A stretch of DNA of 62,367 bases, filler included, from Globobulimina sp. (Eukaryota): the NCBI GenBank assembly GCA_003354225.1. It is 32 parts of 32 records of this genome, joined end to end, with 100 filler letters (N's around TTAATTAATTAA, not from the genome) between each part and the next. Parts side by side here need not be neighbours in the genome. Positions count along the whole stretch, not along the records: positions 9,766 to 11,618 come from PIVH01011214.1; positions 11,719 to 13,571 come from PIVH01011215.1; positions 13,672 to 15,524 come from PIVH01011216.1; positions 15,625 to 17,477 come from PIVH01011217.1; positions 17,578 to 19,430 come from PIVH01011218.1; positions 19,531 to 21,383 come from PIVH01011219.1; 26 more parts are not named here. One strand, 5' to 3'. Made by a program: the position numbers and the translations under genes. Of the stretch, positions 9,842 through 20,909 are shown piece by piece. Each line of letters starts with the position of its first letter. Within the stretch, counting starts at the first letter, position 1. A model generated the notes under the pieces. That model was given only the letters and a program-made list of their open reading frames with translations. It had not been told where the DNA came from and did not search any database.

Positions 9842-11389
9842 ATGGCATTTATGCCACAACAATATACTAATATCGACAAAAATAGGCGTCCCAACAGTAC
9901 AAATGACATGAATGAGAACAATAATCGCCGTGTTCAATTTACAGCAATGTATACTAAGAACACAGCGAATGCATCGTCATTCAAGTCACTCCCAAATGCA
10001 AACCCTTTTGAAACGGAAGAATCCATTCACTATCAACCATCATTGGATGAATATACCAACAGCCATTCCAACTCGCCACCAAAACCTACCTTGCCACATA
10101 ATGTCAAATCCATTGAAATAAAAAAATATTCCCAGCCCAACCCATCAAACGATTCATCCCCAGATTCCATATTAAATGAGCCCATCCCATACACAGTGTG
10201 CACGCAGCGCGACCGTTTTAACTCCAAATCCATTCTGTTAAGTCCACGGACCGTTTTAGTCGACCAAGACAGCCATCAAATCACCGACGAACATACCAGT
10301 GATATCGATGCAAAACAGCAATATTATGAACAGTATCAGGCACCGCTGACATTAGCACATACTGCAAAACCGGCATTACCAAACACCGACTCCATTGCCT
10401 TGACACCGAGCACTAACAACCACAACGACACTGTACACTCACTCAACACATTAACATTCAATCAGTCAATCCCAGCACAGAGCAGCAACGCCAGCAAACT
10501 CTCACTACACAAACACTTTTCTAATGACAAGCAAGCATTCGAAACCTGGATGGCTTGCTGTGATATTCAGGATGACACCTTTGGATATTACAGCGCATTG
10601 TACCCGTTGCTCTGTGAGATATTCGCGGAAAATACGCGATGCTGCAGAGTGCCGACACAGAGCGACTTAGAAGAAGTTATATTGAAGCACGGCGCCAAGA
10701 AAATGAAAATATCCAAACTGCAGCAAATGACTGAAATGAGTCATCTAAATGAGGAAATGAGCCATTTGTCCGGCACCATAACCTCTGACATATTGAACAA
10801 ACTCAATGCGTCTGACAACAATCCGCCGGATACGCCGTCGCGGAATATGTGCAAACATATGGCCACAGTCTCTGGCTTTACGGGTACGGTTTCGTTTGAT
10901 TTCGATAATCCAAGCTCGAAACCAAAGTATTTGGTCACTATTAAATACAAATCTTTTTTCAAATTTTGGAAATGGTTCATAGAATGCTGCAAAATCATCC
11001 GCGAGTTATCGCATTTATGGGATGCCAACAACCAATCTGCGCTGCAATGCAATTTGTTTTGTGGCAGGGAAGAGTCGCAGGTCATACTCGACCAAGCACC
11101 GCAAGGCACGTTTATGCTGCGGCTGTCGTCCGTTATCCGCGGCGGTGTGGTCCTGAGCTATGTTGAACCATCATTTAGCAAAAAAGATAAGCATTTCAAA
11201 CATACGATACTCATAAGGAAGAACGAAAATGAATATGAATTGAGGTCGGTTAAGAAAAATAAGTCGAGAAAATCAAATGGCAAACATGGCAAACAATTGA
11301 CTTCCATTTCAACGTTGATCCGCTCGTTTGTGAAGATTAAATTTCTGTATACGCCGCTTAATTTATATCCAAAAAAAAGCATATTTTAG
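9842..11389 (+). CDS. Protein with a STAT-type linker-SH2 module and a disordered N-terminus
   Basis: FWKWF...LWD...FCGREESQVIL...PQGTFMLRLS...GGVVLSYV...FLY..YPK matches the STAT SH2 pattern (FWxW..W..GF..A..LL..GTFLLRFS..GG). Confidence 0.75.
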   Translation: MAFMPQQYTNIDKNRRPNSTNDMNENNNRRVQFTAMYTKNTANASSFKSLPNANPFETEESIHYQPSLDEYTNSHSNSPPKPTLPHNVKSIEIKKYSQPNPSNDSSPDSILNEPIPYTVCTQRDRFNSKSILLSPRTVLVDQDSHQITDEHTSDIDAKQQYYEQYQAPLTLAHTAKPALPNTDSIALTPSTNNHNDTVHSLNTLTFNQSIPAQSSNASKLSLHKHFSNDKQAFETWMACCDIQDDTFGYYSALYPLLCEIFAENTRCCRVPTQSDLEEVILKHGAKKMKISKLQQMTEMSHLNEEMSHLSGTITSDILNKLNASDNNPPDTPSRNMCKHMATVSGFTGTVSFDFDNPSSKPKYLVTIKYKSFFKFWKWFIECCKIIRELSHLWDANNQSALQCNLFCGREESQVILDQAPQGTFMLRLSSVIRGGVVLSYVEPSFSKKDKHFKHTILIRKNENEYELRSVKKNKSRKSNGKHGKQLTSISTLIRSFVKIKFLYTPLNLYPKKSIF

Positions 11390-11800
11390 CTATAGCGCAA
11401 TATTACGAGTAGGTAATATTTAATATTTAGATATATTTTATTTTAATTAGTCTCACTGTGTTATTCATGCAGTTATTATTTCTATACGAAAATATATATT
11501 GTTGTACGTGTCTTGTGTGTCGTGTATTTATTTTTGTTGTAATTGTAAACCTTAATGCCACATATTTTTTTTTGTTTATGCATTTTTTTTTCTTTGTTTT
11601 GTTTTTGTTTCTGTATTANNNNNNNNNNNNNNNNNNNNNNNNNNNNNNNNNNNNNNNNNNNNTTAATTAATTAANNNNNNNNNNNNNNNNNNNNNNNNNN
11701 NNNNNNNNNNNNNNNNNNGATTTTAAAGAGGTATTGACTTTATTCAGAGTTGGAATGTGTGTTTTTGAGCTTCAATTTTAAAATTACAAGATATCAAACA

Positions 11801-12548
11801 ATGCCAAAAACGTTGCAAATGTTTGTGTAACATATATTATATGCAAACGCCCAATGGTCACAATGGTCACAATGGTACGGAGGCACCGGTGGAAACTACC
11901 AATGGTCATTGACAGGATCAGGCATAGCTCATGTCACTGAAATATGTGTACGGGAAGCAGATGAAATAGATGCAATTCAAGAAAAATTCAGTGATGGTTC
12001 GATGTCTGAACTAGTTGGTGGAGGAGGTGGAAACGGACCATATTGCTATACTGTCAACGTAGGACAATGTTTCACTTCCGTTGCCGTGCGAGCAGGGAAC
12101 AGAATTGATTTAAACTCAAGTCCTGTATGGGGCGCAGATGGAGGTTCTCCATACACTGCAATTGGTTTAGCAAACCAATGCATCACAAAAATAGGTGTTG
12201 ACTGTTGAGGTAGATGCCAAAATTGATAAAATACGATTTTGCTTTCAAGTAACTCCAACACCAACAACAAGCCCGACAACAAAAACCCCAACAACAGCTC
12301 CAACAATAAATCCAACAGCAGATCCAACATATGTACCAACACCAAATCCAACATATCTACCAACACTACAACCAACTATTAATCCCACTGTGTACCCCAC
12401 TATGTCGTCGTCAACACAATATCCAACTTTACCAGATAGGGAAGGCGAAACTGGAGAAGATTTACTGACAACATTTGCATCAGACTTGATTGGTGATGCT
12501 AATTTTCACCAGAAAACAATGAACCCAACATTTTTGCAGCAGACATAG
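11801..12548 (+). pseudogene. Jacalin-like lectin with PT-repeat stalk, disrupted
   Basis: GGxGG..I..VR..IDAIQ..F.DG..GGGGG repeats. In-frame TAA at 11828-11830 and a frameshift near 12195-12208. Confidence 0.6.
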
Positions 12549-13006
12549 CAAAATACCTGCAACTAGAAAAACTAATGCAACTCGCACAACAACAAAATAA
12601 CCAATTCAATATTAAACAACAATCCATACAAAAACAATCTAATACAGACACGCACAAATGGCAACATTGAGAAACGCAGTGGCATTACGTTAACGGCAAA
12701 ATTTGCTAATTCATTTTCTATAATATTTATTGCATTACAAATCGAAAAGATGTAAATTTTGGTATTTTCGAAAGAGTAAAAGCGTTGTCAGATGTATATA
12801 ATGTACGTAGTTGGGTGATATTGTATTGTTAATGGCTGGCGATTTAAATTTCAGACAAAATGTAACTTTCAATAAAAATAATCAATTTATTTACAGCTAC
12901 ATCTGCTCATAATCATATCTTTTAAAATTTATACTTTTATATATCCTGAAATTCTAAATTTATCATTCCTTTCTAGATTTAAAATCAATTAAGAATAAAG
13001 CCAAAC

Positions 13007-13571
13007 ATGTTTATATCTTTACTGTGTTTACAGATAATATTTGTCATTCAGTCCGCACAAATACCAATGAGAAGGTTAGGAACATCACAGAGATCTAAAA
13101 CAACAGCAAGAGCTAAAGCAACAGCAAGAGCTAAAACACAAGTATTATCAGAACAACGTGCCGCAATCAAAAATTGTAAAGACACACAGGAAATCATTTT
13201 TGTACTAGACTCGACTTTCAAGCAAACAGATACATTTCCAATATGGTGGCCACTGTACATTGAAGCTGCAATCCATGCAAATACATTGCATCAAATAGAT
13301 GGCTTGCGAATTGTTGATCATTTGCTAAGAAATAAGGATTTACGAACACATAACAAAGATAATCATCCAATATACCATTTCCATTATCAATTTTTCGCTG
13401 CAATATTTGATTGTATTTTGCCTGTTGATTTCGATGACTTAATTGACAAAGCAAACGATATTGAAGCTGATTTTGCAGCGGTTAGACTTCATACTTATGA
13501 TATTTCTCTGACATTGGGAGCTAACCAAAAATTTCGAAAATCCCAATCAGAGCAAGATATTGTTACTGTAT
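13007..13571 (+). CDS. Hypothetical secreted protein, 3' partial
   Basis: Signal-peptide-like N-terminus. ORF is open to the contig end. Confidence 0.5.
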
Positions 13572-13671
13572 NNNNNNNNNNNNNNNNNNNNNNNNNNNNN
13601 NNNNNNNNNNNNNNNTTAATTAATTAANNNNNNNNNNNNNNNNNNNNNNNNNNNNNNNNNNNNNNNNNNNN

Positions 13672-15000
13672 GCCATCACAACAAAGATAATATGACATAT
13701 TTTTAGCATTCTTTTTTTTATTTTTTTTACAGCCTAAATATATTTCATCATTCCAATTCTTTGGTAAATTCTCTTTATCGCCAACAATATACATTTCTTC
13801 ATCCCATTTATTCTCTGACTCAGCCAACATTAAATAAATCGCACCTTCTTTTGCTGAGCCACAACACGGATAACGATATACTTTGGACATTGAACCCTTA
13901 GTTTTTGAAACCCAAACTTCTTCGCATTCTTTAGGATGATACATTTCATAATGTAATGTTTTTGAATGATATGTTTCCACTCCCAACGCGTGGAAATACC
14001 GCGTTGAGCTGCTTCGTTCCATCGGTGCGGACCTCGTTTTATTCATTGCAGGCACCTTTCCATCAATATTTAATATCAATTTAACTGATTCTCGCGATCG
14101 CGCAGGAATAGAATGTGATTTATAACTACTGTTTCTATGTTGTAACTTATCGAGTTGTCGTATACATTGTGAGTCTGAATGTAATTGTAAATATTTATGC
14201 TGTTTTTGTAACAATTCGATACATTCAGTTTGCTTTTTTAGTTGTTTCTGAAACTTTAATTCTTTCTTCGTACTCTCAATGGAATATGATATCTTCCACT
14301 CATTAAACTCTTTGTTCATACAACTTATTGAATTTTTTAACTTTATAGTTTCGTATTTTAACGCACTTATTTCTTGATTTTCTTCTTGTAATAACTGACT
14401 GTTGTTTTTATGCATTACTTTTTCATGTAATAATGTTATATGTTTGATAATATTAAGTTTATTATGTTGTAAAATATCATTTTCAATGCATAATGTTTCA
14501 CAAATATTGCAGGTGATTTTTTTATTAAAGGTACATGACTTCAAATGTGAGGATAATTTGCATAACTTTCCAATCCAATCGCATCCAGTACAGCCTTCAA
14601 TATCTGGAGTCGTTGTGACTTGCTTGTTATTGCAATATACCAACAAAGAATTTATTTGTTTGCGTATATTGCGTGCTATGTTATAAGTTATGTCCAAATG
14701 TTTGGGATTTATTGGACATTGATTGTTATTCTTGGATAAATATAGTGATAAACATGATTCGCAATATAACACATCATGGCTGTTTCCGTCGTCGCAGGAC
14801 ACTGACTCGTTTTCATCATATTCATCACCACATTGTAATTCAACTGGATTTTTACATATCTGTTTGCAAATAGCGCATTGATATTGCAACGCGTTGCTTT
14901 TGTGTTTGAATATATCAACGTTGTATCCTTTTGGACATTCTTCCTGACGTTTTATTAATTTTATTATTTCTTTCTGTTCTTCTTTGCTTTCTGTTGCCAT
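13672..15000 (-). CDS. RING + TRAF-type zinc finger + coiled-coil protein, 3' partial
   Basis: CAICKQIC..PVELQC...YCESC...CPI, GCDWIGKL...HL..C, a coiled coil, and a C-terminal YHP...CC...GC zinc motif. Confidence 0.8.
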
Positions 15001-15062
15001 TATTGTTGTGTTGTACAAGCTTTTTAATCTTCCACACTGCAGTGCACCCTCTCACAGTAAAC

Positions 15063-15380
15063 ATGGGTTGTTGCCAAAGCGTCGATGAAGAGAAAAATGC
15101 ACCTTTATTACAAGCACACACTAAATCAGACGAAGATATTACAAAAGCCACCGGCACATCAACAGCCGTGGAATCCACACAAATACAATCAAAACCAAAA
15201 GCGAAGCCAAAAGCAGAAGCAGGCGCAACAGATGGAGACTCCAAACAAGAAGAGCAAACCCAACAAAGTGAACAAACCGGTTTAGTATCTTATACAGAAA
15301 CATGCAAATTTTTCAGCCATTTAATTTATCGGATTTATCATTTATGCAACAAACAAAATATCATTATATGTTGTCTGTAA
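15063..15380 (+). CDS. Small protein or first exon with an N-terminal dual-acylation signal (MGCCQS)
   Basis: MG-CC-x-S myristoylation/palmitoylation pattern followed by charged low-complexity sequence. The 3' structure is uncertain. Confidence 0.5.
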   Translation: MGCCQSVDEEKNAPLLQAHTKSDEDITKATGTSTAVESTQIQSKPKAKPKAEAGATDGDSKQEEQTQQSEQTGLVSYTETCKFFSHLIYRIYHLCNKQNIIICCL

Positions 15381-15625
15381 AACGTGCACAACATATAATG
15401 TTAAAAGAGTCGCACATTGATCGATCGAGTGCATCATAATAATTCTTTCTTTTTACGCTGCTGTCATGCGTCAAAAAAACGCGTTATTTTTAACCCTTTC
15501 CTTCCTTATCCACTGTACTGTTAANNNNNNNNNNNNNNNNNNNNNNNNNNNNNNNNNNNNNNNNNNNNTTAATTAATTAANNNNNNNNNNNNNNNNNNNN
15601 NNNNNNNNNNNNNNNNNNNNNNNNG

Positions 15626-16189
15626 CAAGAAATAATTGAAGAAATATCGGGTCGATTTGGCTTAAAAAACCAGTTGATCGTAGATGTAGGCGTAGGAACA
15701 GGTGTTTTTATCGCGAATATAACAAAAGCGATTGGCAATAATGGATGTTATATTGGCTTGGATATATCGCCGGCATTCATATATTATACAAATGAGGAAT
15801 ATCAACAACAAAAAAATGTGAAATTGAATTTATCCAAACCAGATAGTTTAGAGTTACCATCAAAATTAAAAGGTGAAGTGAATGTATTTTTTGTTTGTAC
15901 CACATATCATCATTTAAGTGATGTGAATACGATTTTAAATCAAATGTATGATTATCTTACGCCTGGCGGGAAATTGGTGGTTGTTGAATTAAAAAAACAT
16001 GAATTTAAACATCAACATAAACATGCGGATGAACATAAATATGGATGGATACAAAAGCATGTACCATTTAGTGAGAAACAGGCAAAAGAAGAAATTACAG
16101 CGACTGGATTTGTTTTTGAAAGAGATATTTTAAAAGATAATTGCAAAAATTATTTTGTGCATGTTTATAGAAAGCCTTCTTTCTTATGA
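15626..16189 (+). CDS. Class I SAM-dependent methyltransferase, 5' partial
   Basis: IVDVGVGTG, GLDIS, TYHH, LTPGGKLVVVE. Confidence 0.88.
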   Translation, partial: QEIIEEISGRFGLKNQLIVDVGVGTGVFIANITKAIGNNGCYIGLDISPAFIYYTNEEYQQQKNVKLNLSKPDSLELPSKLKGEVNVFFVCTTYHHLSDVNTILNQMYDYLTPGGKLVVVELKKHEFKHQHKHADEHKYGWIQKHVPFSEKQAKEEITATGFVFERDILKDNCKNYFVHVYRKPSFL

Positions 16190-16308
16190 TTGTAATATAT
16201 GTATAATATTTTGTATTTTTAAATTAAATATAAACACAATCCATATTATCTTTTCATAGTGTTATCTGTACGTTATGTATACTGCAATTTAAAGAAAATA
16301 CGACTACA

Positions 16309-17148
16309 CTACACTACATTTTGAGTATCTGCATCATTTTCACCACTGGTTACATGTACATCATTAGCACCACTAGTTACATGACTTACATCATCTGCGC
16401 CTCCAGTTGTTACACTTTCATTAGTTTGATTATTTTGATTATCATTATATTCATTTGACTCACCTTCCTCTTCCAGCGCCTTTTTATTTCTTTCTTCTAT
16501 GGCCATAACCTCCAGTAATTGTTCAGATTGTATTTTTGCAGCAGATAACATTGCACCAAAAGTCACTTGTTTTTCTTTCAGACTTACAACTGCAGCAATA
16601 TCATATCCACCGCGTGTATTATCATCAATATGCGCATCAAACATTCCATCTGTAATAACAGCTCCTGTGTTTCAACAATTAACAATTGGAAATCTCTAAC
16701 AATGACTAACATTATGAATATATTGATCAGTAAACGTACCGGTACTTCCAGGACTGCTGTTTAATTCACTTACAATGCCAACCTCTAAATGTCTTTGATT
16801 TGCTACTAACATTGGTTTTACTTTAACTTTGTAAATGAAAAATAAAATACATCCAAAAACACAATTTGCCACAACTATGACCATAAGAATGAATAATAAT
16901 GTCATTGTATCTGAATGTGTATCTTTACCATCATATTGTTCTTCATTCGTACTGGATTTATCGGAATCAGATGTTGTTAACGTTTCAACGGCACCATACG
17001 CTTTATGTGTTGGATGAGCTGTAGGAGCTAGTGTTGGAGCGTAAGATCGTGTTGATGTATGTGTTATTAATATTAGCAGCAATGTCCATGATATCAATTG
17101 TTTAGTGGCAGATAGAGGTTGCACATGATGTAGTAACGAGTGCACCAT
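16309..17148 (-). CDS. Single-pass membrane protein (intron 16665-16739)
   Basis: Signal peptide, PT stalk and TM helix. A GT-AG intron joins two ORF-track pieces in frame (ST-G|AVITDGM). Confidence 0.65.
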
Positions 17149-17244
17149 TTTTATATTGTAATTACTTCAACACAAAAATATAGATATGTACGATCTATTT
17201 GCGATCGATGAACATTTAAAGTTGAAGCTACAAGCTACTGAATT

Positions 17245-17477
17245 TCAAGCATATTTAATTTCAACTTTTTCATTTGTGGCCATATTTTCTTGGTCCTCAG
17301 TTTTAGAAATATTTAAGCTTCTTTGTGATGTAATTACTTTTTCGTTCACCATCCCAATCATTGCCTTTTGTACTTTTAAATATAAAAATACAGACATAAT
17401 AATGACAATAATTCCTATCGCCAAAGTGTACCAATATACCCATTTCGAATATAATGTTCCAATGGTTGGCAACTGAG
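17245..17477 (-). CDS. 3' end of a membrane protein
   Basis: TM helix followed by a short tail. Open at the contig edge. Confidence 0.45.
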
Positions 17478-18053
17478 NNNNNNNNNNNNNNNNNNNNNNN
17501 NNNNNNNNNNNNNNNNNNNNNTTAATTAATTAANNNNNNNNNNNNNNNNNNNNNNNNNNNNNNNNNNNNNNNNNNNNGAATGGTTACAAGTTGTTGAAAA
17601 TCGACCACATAAATGTAGTCTTTTTGATGATATAAATCGAAATATTTGGGAAAGCGAAATATAAGCGGAATATAAGAGCAAGCCCTTTGGTTAAGCATCA
17701 AAACTCCAGCTACAAACAAAAACACGTTTATTTGGAATCTCTATTGCATCAAATTTGGTTTTTTGGCTCTCTCTCATAATTGGGAGTTAATTTTTAATTT
17801 TTAAAAGTAAGAGAAATAAGATTGATAGAGGAATAAACAAATAGCGAAAATATACTGCTGTATTTTATCCAGTATTTAGTTGAGATCCAAATGAAAACTA
17901 AAGTTTGATTTTAAAATCAAAAATACTATTTTTCTGTTTCAAAATAACCATTTTGTGGTTTAAAAACTGTGATATAGAAATCAAATGGCAGAAATGCAGC
18001 ATAAGGTACCTACGTTTCTGAAAGGTTTGTTGACCTGTTTATTTTTCAGTACC

Positions 18054-18168
18054 CCAGAGAAAACTACTGACACACAATAATGTAGTCTGTCTAGTGTTTG
18101 TATTTGGCGCCTTCCAGAGAAAACTACTGACACACGTGTAGTCGTCTAGTGTTTGTTTTTGGCGCCTT
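18054..18168 (+). repeat. Two tandem 60/55-nt structured direct repeats
   Basis: CCAGAGAAAACTACTGACACAC..TGTAGTC(T)GTCTAGTGTTTGTWTTTGGCGCCTT at 18054-18113 and 18114-18168. Confidence 0.9.
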
Positions 18169-18445
18169 AGCTTTAGGCGCCAAACTTTCTCTTGTTATTT
18201 GGGAAACCAAAAACCATCTGGCCGCCAGCTGCCCATCTGTGAACACAAAGGTTAAAGAAAGGATACCTTTCCTTTCCCTTGCCATTTGAGCCTGTTCTTT
18301 AGGCCAAATGGTTGTATGGGAGCTCAACGTCTCCCTCTAACATACATACAACAGCAAATTATCTTGCAGTCACAAAACGGACAGTATAAACTTTTGGTTT
18401 ATTACTGTATTTAATATAGCTTACAGCTACTTTATAGAAGCTTAT

Positions 18446-18591
18446 ATCTGGGAGCCGACACATACGTCATTAGCCCCATGATAGAAGAGTCATTATTATG
18501 AACTCGATGAAGCTTATCTCTGGGAGCCGACACATACGTCATTAGCCCCATGAGCTCTGGGAGCCGGCACATACGCCATTAGCCCCACGAG
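18446..18591 (+). repeat. Three 37-nt hairpin repeats with compensatory substitutions
   Basis: Copies at 18446-18482, 18518-18554 and 18555-18591. Consensus MTCTGGGAGCCGRCACATACGYCATTAGCCCCAYGAK. Confidence 0.92.
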
Positions 18592-18806
18592 ATTGTTTGC
18601 AACATAGTCATATTGACTACATTCTTATGTGACTGAAAAGTTGGGTTTATTTAGCCCATGGGCATAGTTGAATTAATTAACCTCTGGGAGGAAACAGAGA
18701 TTACTATATAAAATTTGAATAAAATAAAAGGGAGTCGCAAGGACCTCTATGTAGTATGCAACTGTAAATGGAAAATAATAGAAATGTCTCTGGTCATATT
18801 AGCGCT

Positions 18807-18844
18807 GCACCTGAAGATGCCCTTCTGGGCGAAACCGGTCGTGC
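18807..18844 (+). ncRNA. Minimal type I hammerhead ribozyme
   Basis: Stem I GCAC/GTGC; core CTGAAGA(T); stem II GCCC-TTCT-GGGC; GAAAC; palindromic minimal stem III ACCGGT; GTC cleavage triplet ending at 18840. Confidence 0.88.
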
Positions 18845-19530
18845 TTTAAATCCTACGATTGGTGCTAATTTTTCTGGAGACTAGACTATTAATTAGTGCA
18901 CTTTGTAAGAGACACCCAAAATTGAGTTGGGTTTTGTGAAACATCAAGCTTATAATTTTGGTTAAAAACCATAGACGATGGAATGTAGAGGGTCAAGTTT
19001 AATCAGTTGGTCCCCTGCCGTGCCCTGGCACTACATATTTACATTGACTTTTTGCGGGAGTGATCATTTGTCACCTGCGGAGGCTTTTAGCCAAAGTAGA
19101 TGGATGGTTTGACTAGGCTCGCTGTACCTTGTGTTTGTTGATTATGCCACATGAGAAATTAATGAGCATTTCTCTTCTTGTTCGCTTTGATGCAGAAAAG
19201 TAACCAGGGCAAAAATAAGGAGCATTTTATTGCTAAAAATTGAATTGATTGGTAAAATTTGCACAACGAAAAATAAGCTACATAAATGGGTTTTCGAAAA
19301 TGTTTTCTGTCGATTCATAAAATAGGACAAATTAGTCCAAGAAGAAAAATAGTACTAAATGTATTTTTGAATTGGTTTTCTTGTGATTTATAAAATCGGC
19401 CAAAATGGGCAAAGGAGAAAAAATCATTTTNNNNNNNNNNNNNNNNNNNNNNNNNNNNNNNNNNNNNNNNNNNNTTAATTAATTAANNNNNNNNNNNNNN
19501 NNNNNNNNNNNNNNNNNNNNNNNNNNNNNN

Positions 19531-20909
19531 ACATATGATCAAGTATTTCTATTGCATCTTTAGTTGCAAATGTTTCAGGTATTTTTTTTAACCTTAATGT
19601 AACTAAGTCATAAAAATGTGTGGCATGCTTAATACTTAAACTATAACTTGATTTCCTACTTACTTTCAACGCTTTGTTGTTGGGATTATCTTTTTTTTGT
19701 TGTGCAAATTCTAAATCTTCTATTTTATGTAAAACTTGATTTATTTTTTTGAAATCTTTTTTTACTGGTTTTAATGCATGGTTAACATCATTTTTTTTGA
19801 TAATTCCTACGGACCATTGTTGAGCTATTATTTCTAATTCAGCGGAATATTTTCTATCTCCATCCATAGTAGTTTGTAAACAAACTAAATTATCTTGTGT
19901 TCTAAGTTCGTTAATCTGTATTATGTCGTTAACTAAACTCAATAATAATTCTTCAGTTACTTTCCAGCGCACATTTTTGACAATTTAAAGATTTACATCC
20001 AAAACCAATAATTTTCTCAATCAGTTGATCAAAAACAACACCATATGCTATAGAACTTAATCTGTGAGCTACATTTACCCAAGCTTCATCCAAAGAAACT
20101 TTCCATAAATCTAAATCATTCTGTATTATATTAAGTATTGCAATTTCCCTCCAATGATCTGCAGATTTTTCTCCTAAATGATTTGAAATCATTGCCGCTA
20201 TATTGTTAGCGTTTTCTTTTGACTGTTGGCTAAGACATTGCATTCCGAATAGAGCACACAAATCATCACTCATTGCACCAAAACTACCATTTTGGCTACC
20301 ACTGCATTGCAATAATATATTTGATAATGGAGCACAACGTTTATGTGGTATTGGTGCTGCATGAGTGAAATTAATTCCAACTTTAATATCGTTTATATCG
20401 TCACAAACAATCCAGGGTGATGATTGGATATCTTTCAAACAGATATTCTTGCATTTTTTACAAAGTAAATTAAATGATTGACAAGCACCAGAATTCCAAG
20501 CACTGTCATTTTTTTCAAATAGAAAACTGCCATGTAAATCACAGCTACATTTATATTTTTCAATGTTCTCAAAAATATGATTTAATGTATCAACATGCCA
20601 TAATGTGAAATCACCATGCATTGTAAATATACCGTTATGTTCTTTCATTTTGTTTGCAATAAAACTACTTTTAAATTGTTTTTTAATTTTTTTAATGTCA
20701 GAATTTGTATGACAACCTTGATAGCCTAAGCTCAAATCCGTTACACAATGATCCATGCTCAAAGATGATGAATTTATAGAATCATTTTCTGAACCATAAT
20801 TTATAATATCTGTCATATGTAGATCGTCAATGACACCATACGATTCGTCATCATCAGAGTTTTCTGTTATAAACCTATTTTCTTTTTGTTTTCTTACCCT
20901 TTTGGCCAA
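19531..20909 (-). mobile_element. DDE transposase of Mutator-like/Kolobok-related type, frameshifted, 3' partial
   Basis: CxxC zinc region (SGACQSFNLLCKKC). VSLDEAW..SS...G...KII...SLNCQKC resembles VSxDGTW..S..G...GKV...SKxCxxC, and MDGD resembles GDGD. Frameshift at 19953-19972. Confidence 0.65.

Noticed and set aside
18446-18591. CRISPR array (37-nt repeats, 35-nt gap)
   Set aside because: Copies 2 and 3 abut with no spacer, the gap shares GAAGCTTAT with the flank of copy 1, and there are no cas genes.
18985-19020. Permuted twister ribozyme (GAGGG...TAA...GGTCCC)
   Set aside because: The required P2 and P4 pairings and the AAGC segment are missing.
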